Shown here: positions 1-7,280 of the stretch, piece after piece
Layout of the letters: each line of letters starts with the position of its first letter
Position numbering within the stretch: position 1 is the stretch's first letter
Source of the DNA: an uncultured virus (IMG/VR IMGVR_UViG_3300024500_000031)
Taxonomy: Duplodnaviria > Heunggongvirae > Uroviricota > Caudoviricetes
DNA: 64,000 nucleotides
Direction: 5' to 3' (one strand)
Virus record (IMG/VR): IMGVR_UViG_3300024500_000031
Notes under the pieces: generated by a model
What the model saw: the letters and a program-made list of their open reading frames with translations, nothing else
The model's database searches: none
What the model was told of the DNA's origin: nothing
Position numbers and translations under genes: made by a program

Positions 1-21
1 ATCGTTCAGCTGTATTTTGTC

Positions 22-204
22 TTAAGGTAAACCATTCCTTTGCTGTTTCCGCAGCTGCTTTACCTGCTTCAGTGTTCTTTTCTGGTGTATCCACGCCAAA
101 GAGACGACAGTGCTGATCCACAAGCCAAATACCAAAACCGAGATCAATATCACAAACGAACGTATCTCCATCGATAAGTCGTTTAAAACGAATGCTATAT
201 TCAT
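22..204 (-). CDS. small membrane protein (one TM helix, basic C-terminus)
   Basis: Hydrophobic stretch FVILISVLVFGLWISTVVSLAW followed by K/R-rich tail; tightly packed with the upstream gene. Confidence 0.6.
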   Translation of the reverse strand: MNIAFVLNDLSMEIRSFVILISVLVFGLWISTVVSLAWIHQKRTLKQVKQLRKQQRNGLP

Positions 205-207
205 ACA

Positions 208-594
208 TTAGCGGTGTCTCGCTGCTTTCTGTGCTATTGTTCTAGGCTGTGCTACAAACTGTTTGCCAGCGCGATTACCAGCTGCTTTAGCTCGGTTTGT
301 GGCTGCTATCTCACCTTTAGATAATGAACCCCATGCCTTATCTGGTAAATAGCGTTTCTTACCTTCACTAGGAGTTCCGTCACTTGTACGCCATTTTTGA
401 TCAGTCCATTTAGACAGACTGTTATCACTAGTCTTAGGGCCGACGTATCCACCACCGGACTTTTTGTATTGCTGTGTAGCAAGCTGCGCCTTACGTGCTG
501 ACCATTCGCCGGGATCACCACCTTTTGTCCCTGCCTTCACACTAGCGACGATGCGTTTCCATTTAGCTGGATCTCGTTTAATTGCTGTAGCCAT
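208..594 (-). CDS. DUF5872-like basic phage protein
   Basis: GG.PG.WSARKAQ...YKK.GGGY and SL.KWT.Q.WRT motifs recalled for this family. Confidence 0.7.
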   Translation of the reverse strand: MATAIKRDPAKWKRIVASVKAGTKGGDPGEWSARKAQLATQQYKKSGGGYVGPKTSDNSLSKWTDQKWRTSDGTPSEGKKRYLPDKAWGSLSKGEIAATNRAKAAGNRAGKQFVAQPRTIAQKAARHR

Positions 595-1029
595 TTATTT
601 TTTTACTTTCAGTAATTTTGACATTTTGCTCTGTCCTAAATACGCACCATTGCGTCCTCCTAAGGCAGTTTTCCCATACGTATTTTTATCGTCTTTTACC
701 CCTAATACTCTTCGCATCCAACCGGGATCATTCTTTTCATCTTGTATTTCTATTTGTTTTTGTTCTTCTCTCCATGCCTGATAACTAGCGTTTTTATTAC
801 CTTTGATGCCTCTGTCAATTGGCTCTTGTATAGATTTTGTTACGCCTTTAGCAACATCGTCAATAGCTCCGCCGATAAATGGAATGGACTTTAGTTTTTT
901 ACTTACACTAGGTGGTAGATCTGGTCTGATGCTTTCTAGAAACTTATTCTTGCTCTCAGCATCGGATTGAATATTCTTCAGTCGCTTACGTGATAATCCA
1001 GTGAACTGCTTATTAAAATCTTGTGGCAT
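595..1029 (-). CDS. hypothetical protein, basic and Cys-free, starts MPQ
   Basis: AGGAG RBS upstream; abuts next gene; first gene after a candidate promoter. Confidence 0.8.
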   Translation of the reverse strand: MPQDFNKQFTGLSRKRLKNIQSDAESKNKFLESIRPDLPPSVSKKLKSIPFIGGAIDDVAKGVTKSIQEPIDRGIKGNKNASYQAWREEQKQIEIQDEKNDPGWMRRVLGVKDDKNTYGKTALGGRNGAYLGQSKMSKLLKVKK

Positions 1030-1044
1030 AACGATTCTCCTGCT

Positions 1045-1055
1045 CTATTATAACC
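1045..1055 (-). promoter_or_regulatory. candidate -10 promoter element GGTTATAATAG
   Basis: Perfect TATAAT directly after a terminator and before an RBS; near-identical GGTTACAATAG at 33592-33602. Confidence 0.5.
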
Positions 1056-1086
1056 AAAAAAGCCAGCACTGGCGGATGCTGGCTTT
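1056..1086 (-). terminator. intrinsic terminator
   Basis: Stem AGCCAGCA/TGCTGGCT followed on the minus strand by a U-tract (A6 at 1056-1061). Confidence 0.75.
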
Positions 1087-1173
1087 CTGTATGCAGAGTA
1101 TGGAGACTCGGACTTATGAATGTGAGTTTCTGGAGACTTTCATTCATATACTCACCCTTCGGTGGCACAAATA

Positions 1174-1220
1174 TAATACCACCACTTAGTAGAAAGAGTA
1201 AGATCTAAGTGGTGGCATTA
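1174..1220 (-). repeat. 16-bp inverted repeat in the tRNA 3' trailer
   Basis: TAATACCACCACTTAG (1174-1189) / CTAAGTGGTGGCATTA (1205-1220); the single mismatch is a G-U pair on the minus strand. Confidence 0.8.
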
Positions 1221-1248
1221 TCCCCAGTGCGTTTACATACATGGGGGA

Positions 1249-1320
1249 CTCCTACTGCTGGGATCGAACCAGCGACCATTCGGTTAACAGCCGAACGCTC
1301 TACCGCTGAGCTAAGTAGGA
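1249..1320 (-). tRNA. tRNA-Asn (anticodon GTT), CCA not encoded
   Basis: Reverse complement TCCTACTTAGCTCAGCGGTAGAGCGTTCGGCTGTTAACCGAATGGTCGCTGGTTCGATCCCAGCAGTAGGAG: 7-bp acceptor stem, D-loop, anticodon loop CTGTTAA, TTCGA T-loop. Confidence 0.96.
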
Positions 1321-1327
1321 TAACAAA

Positions 1328-1771
1328 CTATTCTATTGCTCCTTTGAGCCACTGGCTAACTCTATCTGTGAAAGGTACGTCAGGTAATGCGTTATCGCAC
1401 TTCTCACGAACCAGCTCTGATTCCGTTTGCTTACCTTCGACTGTATAGCTGTCAACATTTCCGGTGTCATTCGCAGAACGAACATGCACGGATAGTTGAC
1501 GTCTCGTTGCTTTCTTGTTTTCATCATCATCCCCTTGCGCCAACTTTTGACTTAAACGCATTACATCTATGACGTTGACAGCGCAGTCTGTATCTCTACT
1601 TACAGCATACGCAAGGAACCACATTGCTTTAAGGACATCATCCTCGTATGCAGCCCCTTCCTTCTTACCTGCCCTAGCAAGATATGCAACAGCAGTAAAC
1701 AGATACCTATCAAGGTTCCACGCATCAGCTGCGTGTACAGGCTGTAATTCACTTTCATTGTAATACGCCAT
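1328..1771 (-). CDS. DUF3310-like protein with non-conserved C-terminal extension
   Basis: Y..RAGKK....ED..KA.W.L motif typical of DUF3310; adjacent to dUTPase. Confidence 0.65.
   Translation of the reverse strand: MAYYNESELQPVHAADAWNLDRYLFTAVAYLARAGKKEGAAYEDDVLKAMWFLAYAVSRDTDCAVNVIDVMRLSQKLAQGDDDENKKATRRQLSVHVRSANDTGNVDSYTVEGKQTESELVREKCDNALPDVPFTDRVSQWLKGAIE
1333..1530 (-). CDS. ribbon-helix-helix DNA-binding protein nested in an alternative frame of the DUF3310-like ORF
   Basis: FVLRMTPEMLTAI...NQSWFVRSAITHYL fits the RHH pattern; AAGGGG RBS before ATG ATG ATG. Confidence 0.65.
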   Translation of the reverse strand: MMMKTRKQRDVNYPCMFVLRMTPEMLTAIQSKVSKRNQSWFVRSAITHYLTYLSQIELASGSKEQ

Positions 1772-2230
1772 CTATACCCCCGTAGATCCAAAGCCACCAG
1801 CACCACGTTCGGTCTCGTCAAACAACGAACCTTCTTTTAAAACCACTGGTTTACAAAGTGATACAGGAGCTATAACAAGCTGTGCAATACGCATACCGGG
1901 CACAAACGTAAACGTCTCATCACTCATATTTTTGATGATGACCTTTACCTCACCTGTGTAATCAGCATCCACTGTACCGGGGCTGTTAAGCACAACGATC
2001 CCGTGTTTGTAAGCCATACCGCTGCGAGTACGAACCTGAGCCTCATAACCATCCTCCAACTTGATCTTCATACCAGTTGGAATCAACATGATCTGCCCCG
2101 GTCTAATAGTGACATTACGCTCAGCTATATACTGCAGGTCTATTCCTGACGCTTTTTCTGTAGCGCGTTGTGGATTAAATAGATACTCGCAAGACCGAGC
2201 ACCGCAATAAATAATTTCAAGGCTATCCAC
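1772..2230 (-). CDS. dut: trimeric dUTPase
   Basis: All five motifs present: ASGIDL, RSG, NSPGTVDADYTGE, RIAQLV, RGAGGFGSTG. Confidence 0.97.
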   Translation of the reverse strand: MDSLEIIYCGARSCEYLFNPQRATEKASGIDLQYIAERNVTIRPGQIMLIPTGMKIKLEDGYEAQVRTRSGMAYKHGIVVLNSPGTVDADYTGEVKVIIKNMSDETFTFVPGMRIAQLVIAPVSLCKPVVLKEGSLFDETERGAGGFGSTGV

Positions 2231-2490
2231 TACTCCGCTGCCTCAGAATCAAACGTAGTCACAATGCTGTCCAGTGCCATCATCAAGAAGTCAATCACAA
2301 AACGAGCTGGAATTTTGACTCCGTCGTTACGCAAATTAGCACAGTACTGCGCAGCTTCCACCAGCGACAGCCCAGTCTGGTACTCAGGCACGTTGCCGTC
2401 ATTCTTGCGTTTCACAGTAACTGAATACCCGTGCTTAGCACTCTGCTGTACCGTTACCTCACTGTCATTACCCTGCGTCAATAAAAACAT
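2230..2490 (-). CDS. hypothetical protein (start revised to ATG 2490)
   Basis: GAGGTG RBS upstream of MFLLTQG; stop overlaps the dut start. Confidence 0.7.
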   Translation of the reverse strand: MFLLTQGNDSEVTVQQSAKHGYSVTVKRKNDGNVPEYQTGLSLVEAAQYCANLRNDGVKIPARFVIDFLMMALDSIVTTFDSEAAE

Positions 2491-2544
2491 AGCACACCTC
2501 AATATATGTATAACATATGGTACCACAATTGTATGGATCCTAAT

Positions 2545-2580
2545 TTCTCCGTGGGGAGAAGATGTTCTCCGATGGGAGAA
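2545..2580. promoter_or_regulatory. two tandem palindromes TTCTCC-N4-GGAGAA (operator-like)
   Basis: 2545-2560 and 2565-2580, 20-bp period, in the divergent intergenic region. Confidence 0.6.
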
Positions 2581-2751
2581 ATAGTAAAGATAGCTGAGAG
2601 AAAATAGGCGTAGGAATCGGTATCTAGTCGAGTGTAGGCGGGGTAGGGGCTTGCCATGCGGGTGGGGGGAGGGTGCCCCGGCTCGGCAGCATCTAGTCGT
2701 TTTTTACCGCTGAGCATATTACGGGTGTAGGCGACGCACCATGCGTTCCCT

Positions 2752-2796
2752 GCGGGCGGGCGATGTTCACGGTAGCATCGCCCGCCCGTTTTTTTT
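2752..2796 (+). terminator. strong GC-rich hairpin followed by T8
   Basis: GCGGGCGGGCGATG / CATCGCCCGCCCGT then TTTTTTT. Confidence 0.8.
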
Positions 2797-2847
2797 ACCG
2801 TATCATCGCCGATTGTTTACTTGAGTTTAGTTTATGGAGGTTCGATT

Positions 2848-3225
2848 ATGTCAGTAGAGTTAGTGCGTTCGCAGTGTATTACGTTGCTTGACGGTCTGAG
2901 TGACCTGTTCGCCGATACGACGGCGGCAGACCGTGTGGAGCAGGCACGTAAGTATGTGCATCAGGACATTAAGACAGGGCGTTCCCGCCTGTCCGCATAC
3001 CTGCCCGCCCGCACGGGTACACCGTGGAAGCCTGAGGTTACGCTTCAGGATATCGTTGGTATCATTCGTCTGGCACACCGTCAGGGCTTGATTGCCGATG
3101 ATGACTACGTAGACTTCAAGCAGTTCCACTTGGACCAGCGAGAGTTGCTCCGTGGTGAGCAGGTGGTGGATGCCATCACCATGCTCCAGAGAAGTCTGGA
3201 TGCCTACGCCCGTCGCACACGCTGA
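2848..3225 (+). CDS. hypothetical protein, first gene of the plus arm
   Basis: GGAGG RBS before ATG 2848; followed by a terminator. Confidence 0.8.
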   Translation: MSVELVRSQCITLLDGLSDLFADTTAADRVEQARKYVHQDIKTGRSRLSAYLPARTGTPWKPEVTLQDIVGIIRLAHRQGLIADDDYVDFKQFHLDQRELLRGEQVVDAITMLQRSLDAYARRTR

Positions 3226-3232
3226 CGGGCAG

Positions 3233-3265
3233 ACCACCCGGTACAAGTTACCGGGTGGTTTTTTT
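3233..3265 (+). terminator. intrinsic terminator
   Basis: Perfect 11-bp stem ACCACCCGGTA/TACCGGGTGGT plus T-run. Confidence 0.85.
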
Positions 3266-3286
3266 ATGACTTATGGAGTTAAAAAA

Positions 3287-3601
3287 ATGAGAGAGTTTAA
3301 AGCAGAGATTCAACTAAACAACGGGTTCAGTGGGTGTATCTCTATCGTTCGTAATCGCATGACGATTGGTAACCGACAAGGACTATTCGAGATTGCATAC
3401 ATTACGCCTGAGGGGTGTATTGTTGATGCAACCATCATGGGTGCGTTGACTGCATCGGAAGTAATCAATTGGGTCAAGCGGTACAAGAATGACCGCGACC
3501 TTCTCCTGCGGTTGGTTGCCATTGATTTGGCTGAAGCCAATCGTGCTCGTCGGTTCATGTTTGCTTTGGACGCCCAGTTGGGCAAGGAGGTGTGTAAATG
3601 A
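3287..3601 (+). CDS. hypothetical protein (start revised to ATG 3287)
   Basis: GGAG RBS; ATGA overlap with the next gene. Confidence 0.75.
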   Translation: MREFKAEIQLNNGFSGCISIVRNRMTIGNRQGLFEIAYITPEGCIVDATIMGALTASEVINWVKRYKNDRDLLLRLVAIDLAEANRARRFMFALDAQLGKEVCK

Positions 3602-3981
3602 TTGTAGTTGTTACTCGGCATCTTGGGGCAGTTGAGTGGCTGATTCGCCACGAGATCATCCCTAATGACGCTAATGAGGTAAGCGTGATTGACCACGCCA
3701 CTCCTGAAGATGTAACTGGGCAAGTCGTGTACGGCGTATTGCCGTTGCACCTTGCCGCTCTGGCAAAGGAAGTCCACAGTATCGACATCCCCAACTTACC
3801 CGCTGACAAGCGTGGTAAGGAATTGACTGCTGACGATATGGACACGCTCAATGCGTCCATCGTCAGTTACAAAGTCCTCCCAATGGAAGATTGGGTGGCT
3901 ATTCGGGAAGAGATCAAGGCTCTGGATGACAACCTTGCGTGGGTCCAGCAGAAACTGGAGGAGGAGAAAGAATGGGACTAA
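3598..3981 (+). CDS. csx16: Csx16-like protein, putative cyclic oligoadenylate ring nuclease
   Basis: N-terminal VTRH.GAVEWL, central HA....V.G..V.G.LP.HLAA, C-terminal LP...RG.EL.AD match the recalled Csx16 (VVA1548-type) consensus; GGAGG RBS. Confidence 0.8.
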   Translation: MIVVVTRHLGAVEWLIRHEIIPNDANEVSVIDHATPEDVTGQVVYGVLPLHLAALAKEVHSIDIPNLPADKRGKELTADDMDTLNASIVSYKVLPMEDWVAIREEIKALDDNLAWVQQKLEEEKEWD

Positions 3982-4193
3982 AACACCGTTCTCGTTGGTA
4001 TAGTGACTGGCGTTCAGACGTCAGTCGGCTGGATGACGACCAGCAACTCATCGATGACACCATTGACACGGTGCAAGCCATGACAGGCTGTGCTGTGTCG
4101 ATGTCGGCGAATACGGCGCTGGATGATGCGCGTGGCGTTTGGGTTCGCTCAAACGACGACGCTATCCTGCGTCGGTTCCGCCGAACACGCTAA
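3972..4193 (+). CDS. hypothetical protein
   Basis: GAGGAG RBS before ATG 3972; followed by a terminator. Confidence 0.6.
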   Translation: MGLKHRSRWYSDWRSDVSRLDDDQQLIDDTIDTVQAMTGCAVSMSANTALDDARGVWVRSNDDAILRRFRRTR

Positions 4194-4214
4194 CACGCTG
4201 AGGAAATGAGGCGT

Positions 4215-4252
4215 GTGCCCTGCCCAGTCAATCTGGGCGGGGCGCTTTTTTT
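4215..4252 (+). terminator. intrinsic terminator
   Basis: GTGCCCTGCCCAG/CTGGGCGGGGCGC stem with two G-U pairs on the plus strand, then T7. Confidence 0.85.
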
Positions 4253-4265
4253 GTAGGAGTTTATT

Positions 4266-4466
4266 GTGAAGAAGTTAATTAAGTTCATCAAGTCTATTGA
4301 CTGGTCAATGCACTACATGGCATTGATGCTTATTGCACTCGCCGTGGCTGGCTGCTTGGTCGTTGAAATGAGTAAGCGACACGAAGCAGAGTTAGACAGA
4401 CAACGTGCTGTCGAAATGCTCGAAATCGAGCGTGACCGTCGTTACAACGACAGTCTCATCAATTAA
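4266..4466 (+). CDS. small membrane protein
   Basis: AGGAG RBS, GTG start, TM segment MALMLIALAVAGCLVV. Confidence 0.75.
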   Translation: MKKLIKFIKSIDWSMHYMALMLIALAVAGCLVVEMSKRHEAELDRQRAVEMLEIERDRRYNDSLIN

Positions 4467-4476
4467 GGAGTTTATT

Positions 4477-4749
4477 GTGAAAAAGTTGGATGCAAAGATT
4501 TTGGAGGCTACGCCTAGTAGCCTTCTCGCTAACCTAGACGCACTGAAGTCGATTCAAGTGCGTAACCGTCGCACACCAAGCGACATCGTCACCTCTTGTG
4601 TTGCATTGTGTGCTCAGGCACGACGCACTCACCCGCAGCTTGAAAAACTGATTTACAATCTCGAAGATCAAATGTGGATGGTAAACGAGTGTTATGACGC
4701 ACTCTGGGTGCTGTCCATTAACGCACGATGGATTCCAGTAAAAATATGA
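4477..4749 (+). CDS. hypothetical protein (start revised to GTG 4477)
   Basis: Same AGGAGTTTATTGTGAA initiation context as the gene at 4266. Confidence 0.75.
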   Translation: MKKLDAKILEATPSSLLANLDALKSIQVRNRRTPSDIVTSCVALCAQARRTHPQLEKLIYNLEDQMWMVNECYDALWVLSINARWIPVKI

Positions 4750-4845
4750 AGCAACTAATCGCACGGGTCTCGCCAGAGGCCCGTTTCTACATCGTTTTCT
4801 GGACAGTAATGTTCACACTCGCAGGAATGGGGGCAAAACACAAAG

Positions 4846-5232
4846 TTGACAACGCAAAACATCATGGCACTACGCAACGCACTGGTAAAATCGGACAGCC
4901 AAATGGCTGGCATGTCAATACGATGCGTGGAAGTCACCGCTGATCGTAAATACAGGGAACGAACCGTCACGTTCGATGATTTCCGAGCCGAAATCATCTG
5001 GGCGTTGAAGACGTTCAAAGACCCGTCATGGGCTGGCTACGTCACAGAACCCACGAACTGTGACAACCCACATTGCCCACTGTACACCGGGCCTGAGTAC
5101 ACACTCACAATTAAAACTCACGGACGAGGCGACCGCACCATGTGGTCGTGGATCGACAGCGAGCTGGATCGCAAGGCATATGAAACATACTGCTACGACC
5201 ACAGCTGGCTAGAACATCTGGAGGTCAAATGA
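4846..5232 (+). CDS. hypothetical protein
   Basis: Open frame coupled (ATGA) to the next gene; start uncertain. Confidence 0.65.
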   Translation: MTTQNIMALRNALVKSDSQMAGMSIRCVEVTADRKYRERTVTFDDFRAEIIWALKTFKDPSWAGYVTEPTNCDNPHCPLYTGPEYTLTIKTHGRGDRTMWSWIDSELDRKAYETYCYDHSWLEHLEVK

Positions 5233-5465
5233 TAATCAAGTCACCGCATCTGGCGTACAAAGTTATGTCAGATGTGGCAAACATGATGAACGCACGAATG
5301 TTCACACTAAGCAATCACCAACACGTAACTTACATCGCACTCACTAACAATGATGGCAATGTAGGTTACTGGTCACACGATGATGATGACTGTGAAATTG
5401 TTATCAACAATAAAAATCACAACGTCAAACAATACTTGCATAACGTACGCAAACGTCGTAAGTGA
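5229..5465 (+). CDS. hypothetical protein
   Basis: GGAGG RBS, ATGA overlap. Confidence 0.7.
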   Translation: MIIKSPHLAYKVMSDVANMMNARMFTLSNHQHVTYIALTNNDGNVGYWSHDDDDCEIVINNKNHNVKQYLHNVRKRRK

Positions 5466-5476
5466 CACGTCGTCAC

Positions 5477-5541
5477 GGAGGGGTCAAAAATTATACCCCT
5501 CCAATTTTTACAGGGGGGAGGGGTCGGATATTACCCCCCTC
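5477..5541. repeat. two tandem inverted repeats GGAGGGGT...ACCCC
   Basis: GGAGGGGT-N10-ACCCCTCC (5477-5502) and GGAGGGGT-N8-ACCCCCCTC (5517-5541). Confidence 0.7.
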
Positions 5542-5547
5542 ATTATA

Positions 5548-5577
5548 TTGAATAACAATCAATGTAATACTTATAAT
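5548..5577 (+). promoter_or_regulatory. candidate sigma70-type promoter
   Basis: TTGAAT-18 nt-TATAAT in an AT-rich intergenic gap upstream of the HTH gene. Confidence 0.55.
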
Positions 5578-5600
5578 GTATCCGACAGAAAGAGTTCACC

Positions 5601-5942
5601 ATGAATACGACACAATCAGTCCCCGTACATTTGCTCTCCAAGAAAGAGCAAACACGACTCATAAAAGCTGGCATCATCCAGCCAATCCATGACCCGATGA
5701 GGGAGGTAAAAGAGAGATGGTTCAACTTGTGTAGGTATAGCCAATGGGTTACAACCACACGAATGGCTAATCTATGTGGTGTTACACGCACCACATTCAC
5801 TACGTACATGTCCAACGACGAGACGCGTCAACGTCTCATTGATAAATTTTGGGATGCAACACGTCCGTCACAACGTGACGTCACGTTCATCTTCAATACG
5901 TTCCGTAACGTTGCACGAAAGGGTGAAATCGATAATGGGTAA
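5601..5942 (+). CDS. putative helix-turn-helix DNA-binding protein
   Basis: TTTRMANLCGVTRTTFTTYM fits the HTH pattern (A..LGV..T). Confidence 0.6.
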   Translation: MNTTQSVPVHLLSKKEQTRLIKAGIIQPIHDPMREVKERWFNLCRYSQWVTTTRMANLCGVTRTTFTTYMSNDETRQRLIDKFWDATRPSQRDVTFIFNTFRNVARKGEIDNG

Positions 5943-6231
5943 ATGGAATATCGGCGATCGCGTACAGTCTATACGCCGTCCCGGATTCTATGGAACTGTG
6001 GTTAGCGTGGAGGGAAACCTCCACGTTAACCCAGACCACAACAGGATTATGGTCAAGTGGGACAAAGTAAAAAAGAACTCACGAGGCCAGTGGATATCAG
6101 GCACACTTGACGAGTTGCCCATCGACTTGCGCTCAAGCAAGGACCGCAGCTTGTTACCCGCTGCGGGTAAAAAGTTGACCGGATCTGAATACGGTCGCAT
6201 TCTTGGTAATAAAAGGTTGAAAGAACTATGA
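5935..6231 (+). CDS. hypothetical protein with SH3/KOW-like N-terminus (start revised to 5935)
   Basis: WNIGDRV...GTVV...VKWD beta-barrel pattern. Confidence 0.6.
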   Translation: MGKWNIGDRVQSIRRPGFYGTVVSVEGNLHVNPDHNRIMVKWDKVKKNSRGQWISGTLDELPIDLRSSKDRSLLPAAGKKLTGSEYGRILGNKRLKEL

Positions 6232-6338
6232 CGCTATTCTTGTTCTCCATCGGCGTAGTTATCCTGTCAGTTTTGTACTTGGCAGGTTATTTTTTCAGCA
6301 CCATCAGTGAGTATCAAAAGAGGATTGATAATGAGTAA
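6228..6338 (+). CDS. 36-aa membrane peptide (not in ORF track)
   Basis: MTLFLFSIGVVILSVLYLAGYFFSTISEYQKRIDNE; ATGA overlap upstream, overlaps the next start. Confidence 0.6.
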   Translation: MTLFLFSIGVVILSVLYLAGYFFSTISEYQKRIDNE

Positions 6339-6693
6339 ATTCATGTCACCTAGTGAGTTTGTCAAGAACTTGGCAACCTCATTGCAAGGTGTATACAACA
6401 ATAAATTTGATGAAATCAATGTTTCTCGTTCGACTATCAATAACCAATACATTGATGGTCGCAAACGCTTTCATGCCACGGTTCAAGTTCACTGTCAGAA
6501 AGACAAACCATATCAGGTGGCTCGTGCCACAGTGGATCTCATTGTTCGACAGGACAAAGAAGTGACGGTGTTTGTCTCGTCACCGTCATTCAACGAAGAA
6601 ATAGTATGGCAGTCAGATCCTGACTCAGCCAACTATTGGTTGACAGATGTAGAGACATTACTTTTACAGGAGTACAACAATGACAATAGATGA
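6331..6693 (+). CDS. hypothetical protein
   Basis: GAGGA RBS before ATG 6331. Confidence 0.75.
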   Translation: MSKFMSPSEFVKNLATSLQGVYNNKFDEINVSRSTINNQYIDGRKRFHATVQVHCQKDKPYQVARATVDLIVRQDKEVTVFVSSPSFNEEIVWQSDPDSANYWLTDVETLLLQEYNNDNR

Positions 6694-6889
6694 AAAGAAA
6701 ATCGCCTACTGGAAGTGGGTGAATAACATGATATTGATGGCAGAGATGACCAACATGTGTCTGCCTAAAAACCTACGGAAAGACTTTCAGACTGAACTTC
6801 CACAGACAGACGATGTCGAAGTTCAGTACCAATTCATGCTGAACTACAACAAGAATAAAGCACGAGAGTTGCGGGAGTTAATGAGTTAA
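6680..6889 (+). CDS. hypothetical protein
   Basis: AGGAG RBS, coupled to neighbours. Confidence 0.75.
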   Translation: MTIDEKKIAYWKWVNNMILMAEMTNMCLPKNLRKDFQTELPQTDDVEVQYQFMLNYNKNKARELRELMS

Positions 6890-7233
6890 TGAGAATAGAA
6901 CACTATCTAATCATGTTAGCCAAGTATACTTGGCTACATATTCATCCCGGTGATGGAATGCGTAGACTTATTCAAGCACGAGGGAATGAGGAACTAGATG
7001 CGTGTGACTCATATCTTGATTCACACGCTAAAGAGTACAAACACAAGCTCAAAGATTTCTGCGAGACACATCTTCCACACATTGATAGCCGTGCTCGGTT
7101 CAATGACTGGTGTGCAGATGAGCCAACTGATGACGAAAAACAGAAATACCATAACTACATGGCATACATAGTAGTGTATGGTGCTGATGGATTTGAGCAC
7201 ACGCCAAAAGGATGGACTGTAATCGAAGTCTGA
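6889..7233 (+). CDS. hypothetical protein
   Basis: TAATG overlap, GGGAG RBS. Confidence 0.75.
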   Translation: MRIEHYLIMLAKYTWLHIHPGDGMRRLIQARGNEELDACDSYLDSHAKEYKHKLKDFCETHLPHIDSRARFNDWCADEPTDDEKQKYHNYMAYIVVYGADGFEHTPKGWTVIEV

Positions 7234-7238
7234 TTAAT

Positions 7239-7274
7239 GTGAGGGGTGCGTCTCACTAAAAACGCACAGAAAGA
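7239..7274 (+). ncRNA. repeated cis element, predicted H-type pseudoknot (copy 1)
   Basis: GTGAG-GG-GTGCGT-CTCAC-TAAAA-ACGCAC-AGAAAGA. Confidence 0.7.
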
Positions 7275-7280
7275 TTACCG

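Noticed and set aside
1249..1320. tRNA as a prophage attachment site
   Set aside because: Phage genes lie on both sides, and no integrase or duplicated tRNA fragment is present in the window.
4193..4216. CTGAGGAAA as a hammerhead ribozyme core
   Set aside because: No stem II between CUGANGA and GAAA and no matching cleavage-site helix.
4746..4943. Possible small membrane ORF MKQLIARV...
   Set aside because: It has an ATGA overlap and a short hydrophobic stretch but overlaps the 4846 ORF by ~100 nt and lacks a clear RBS; left uncalled.
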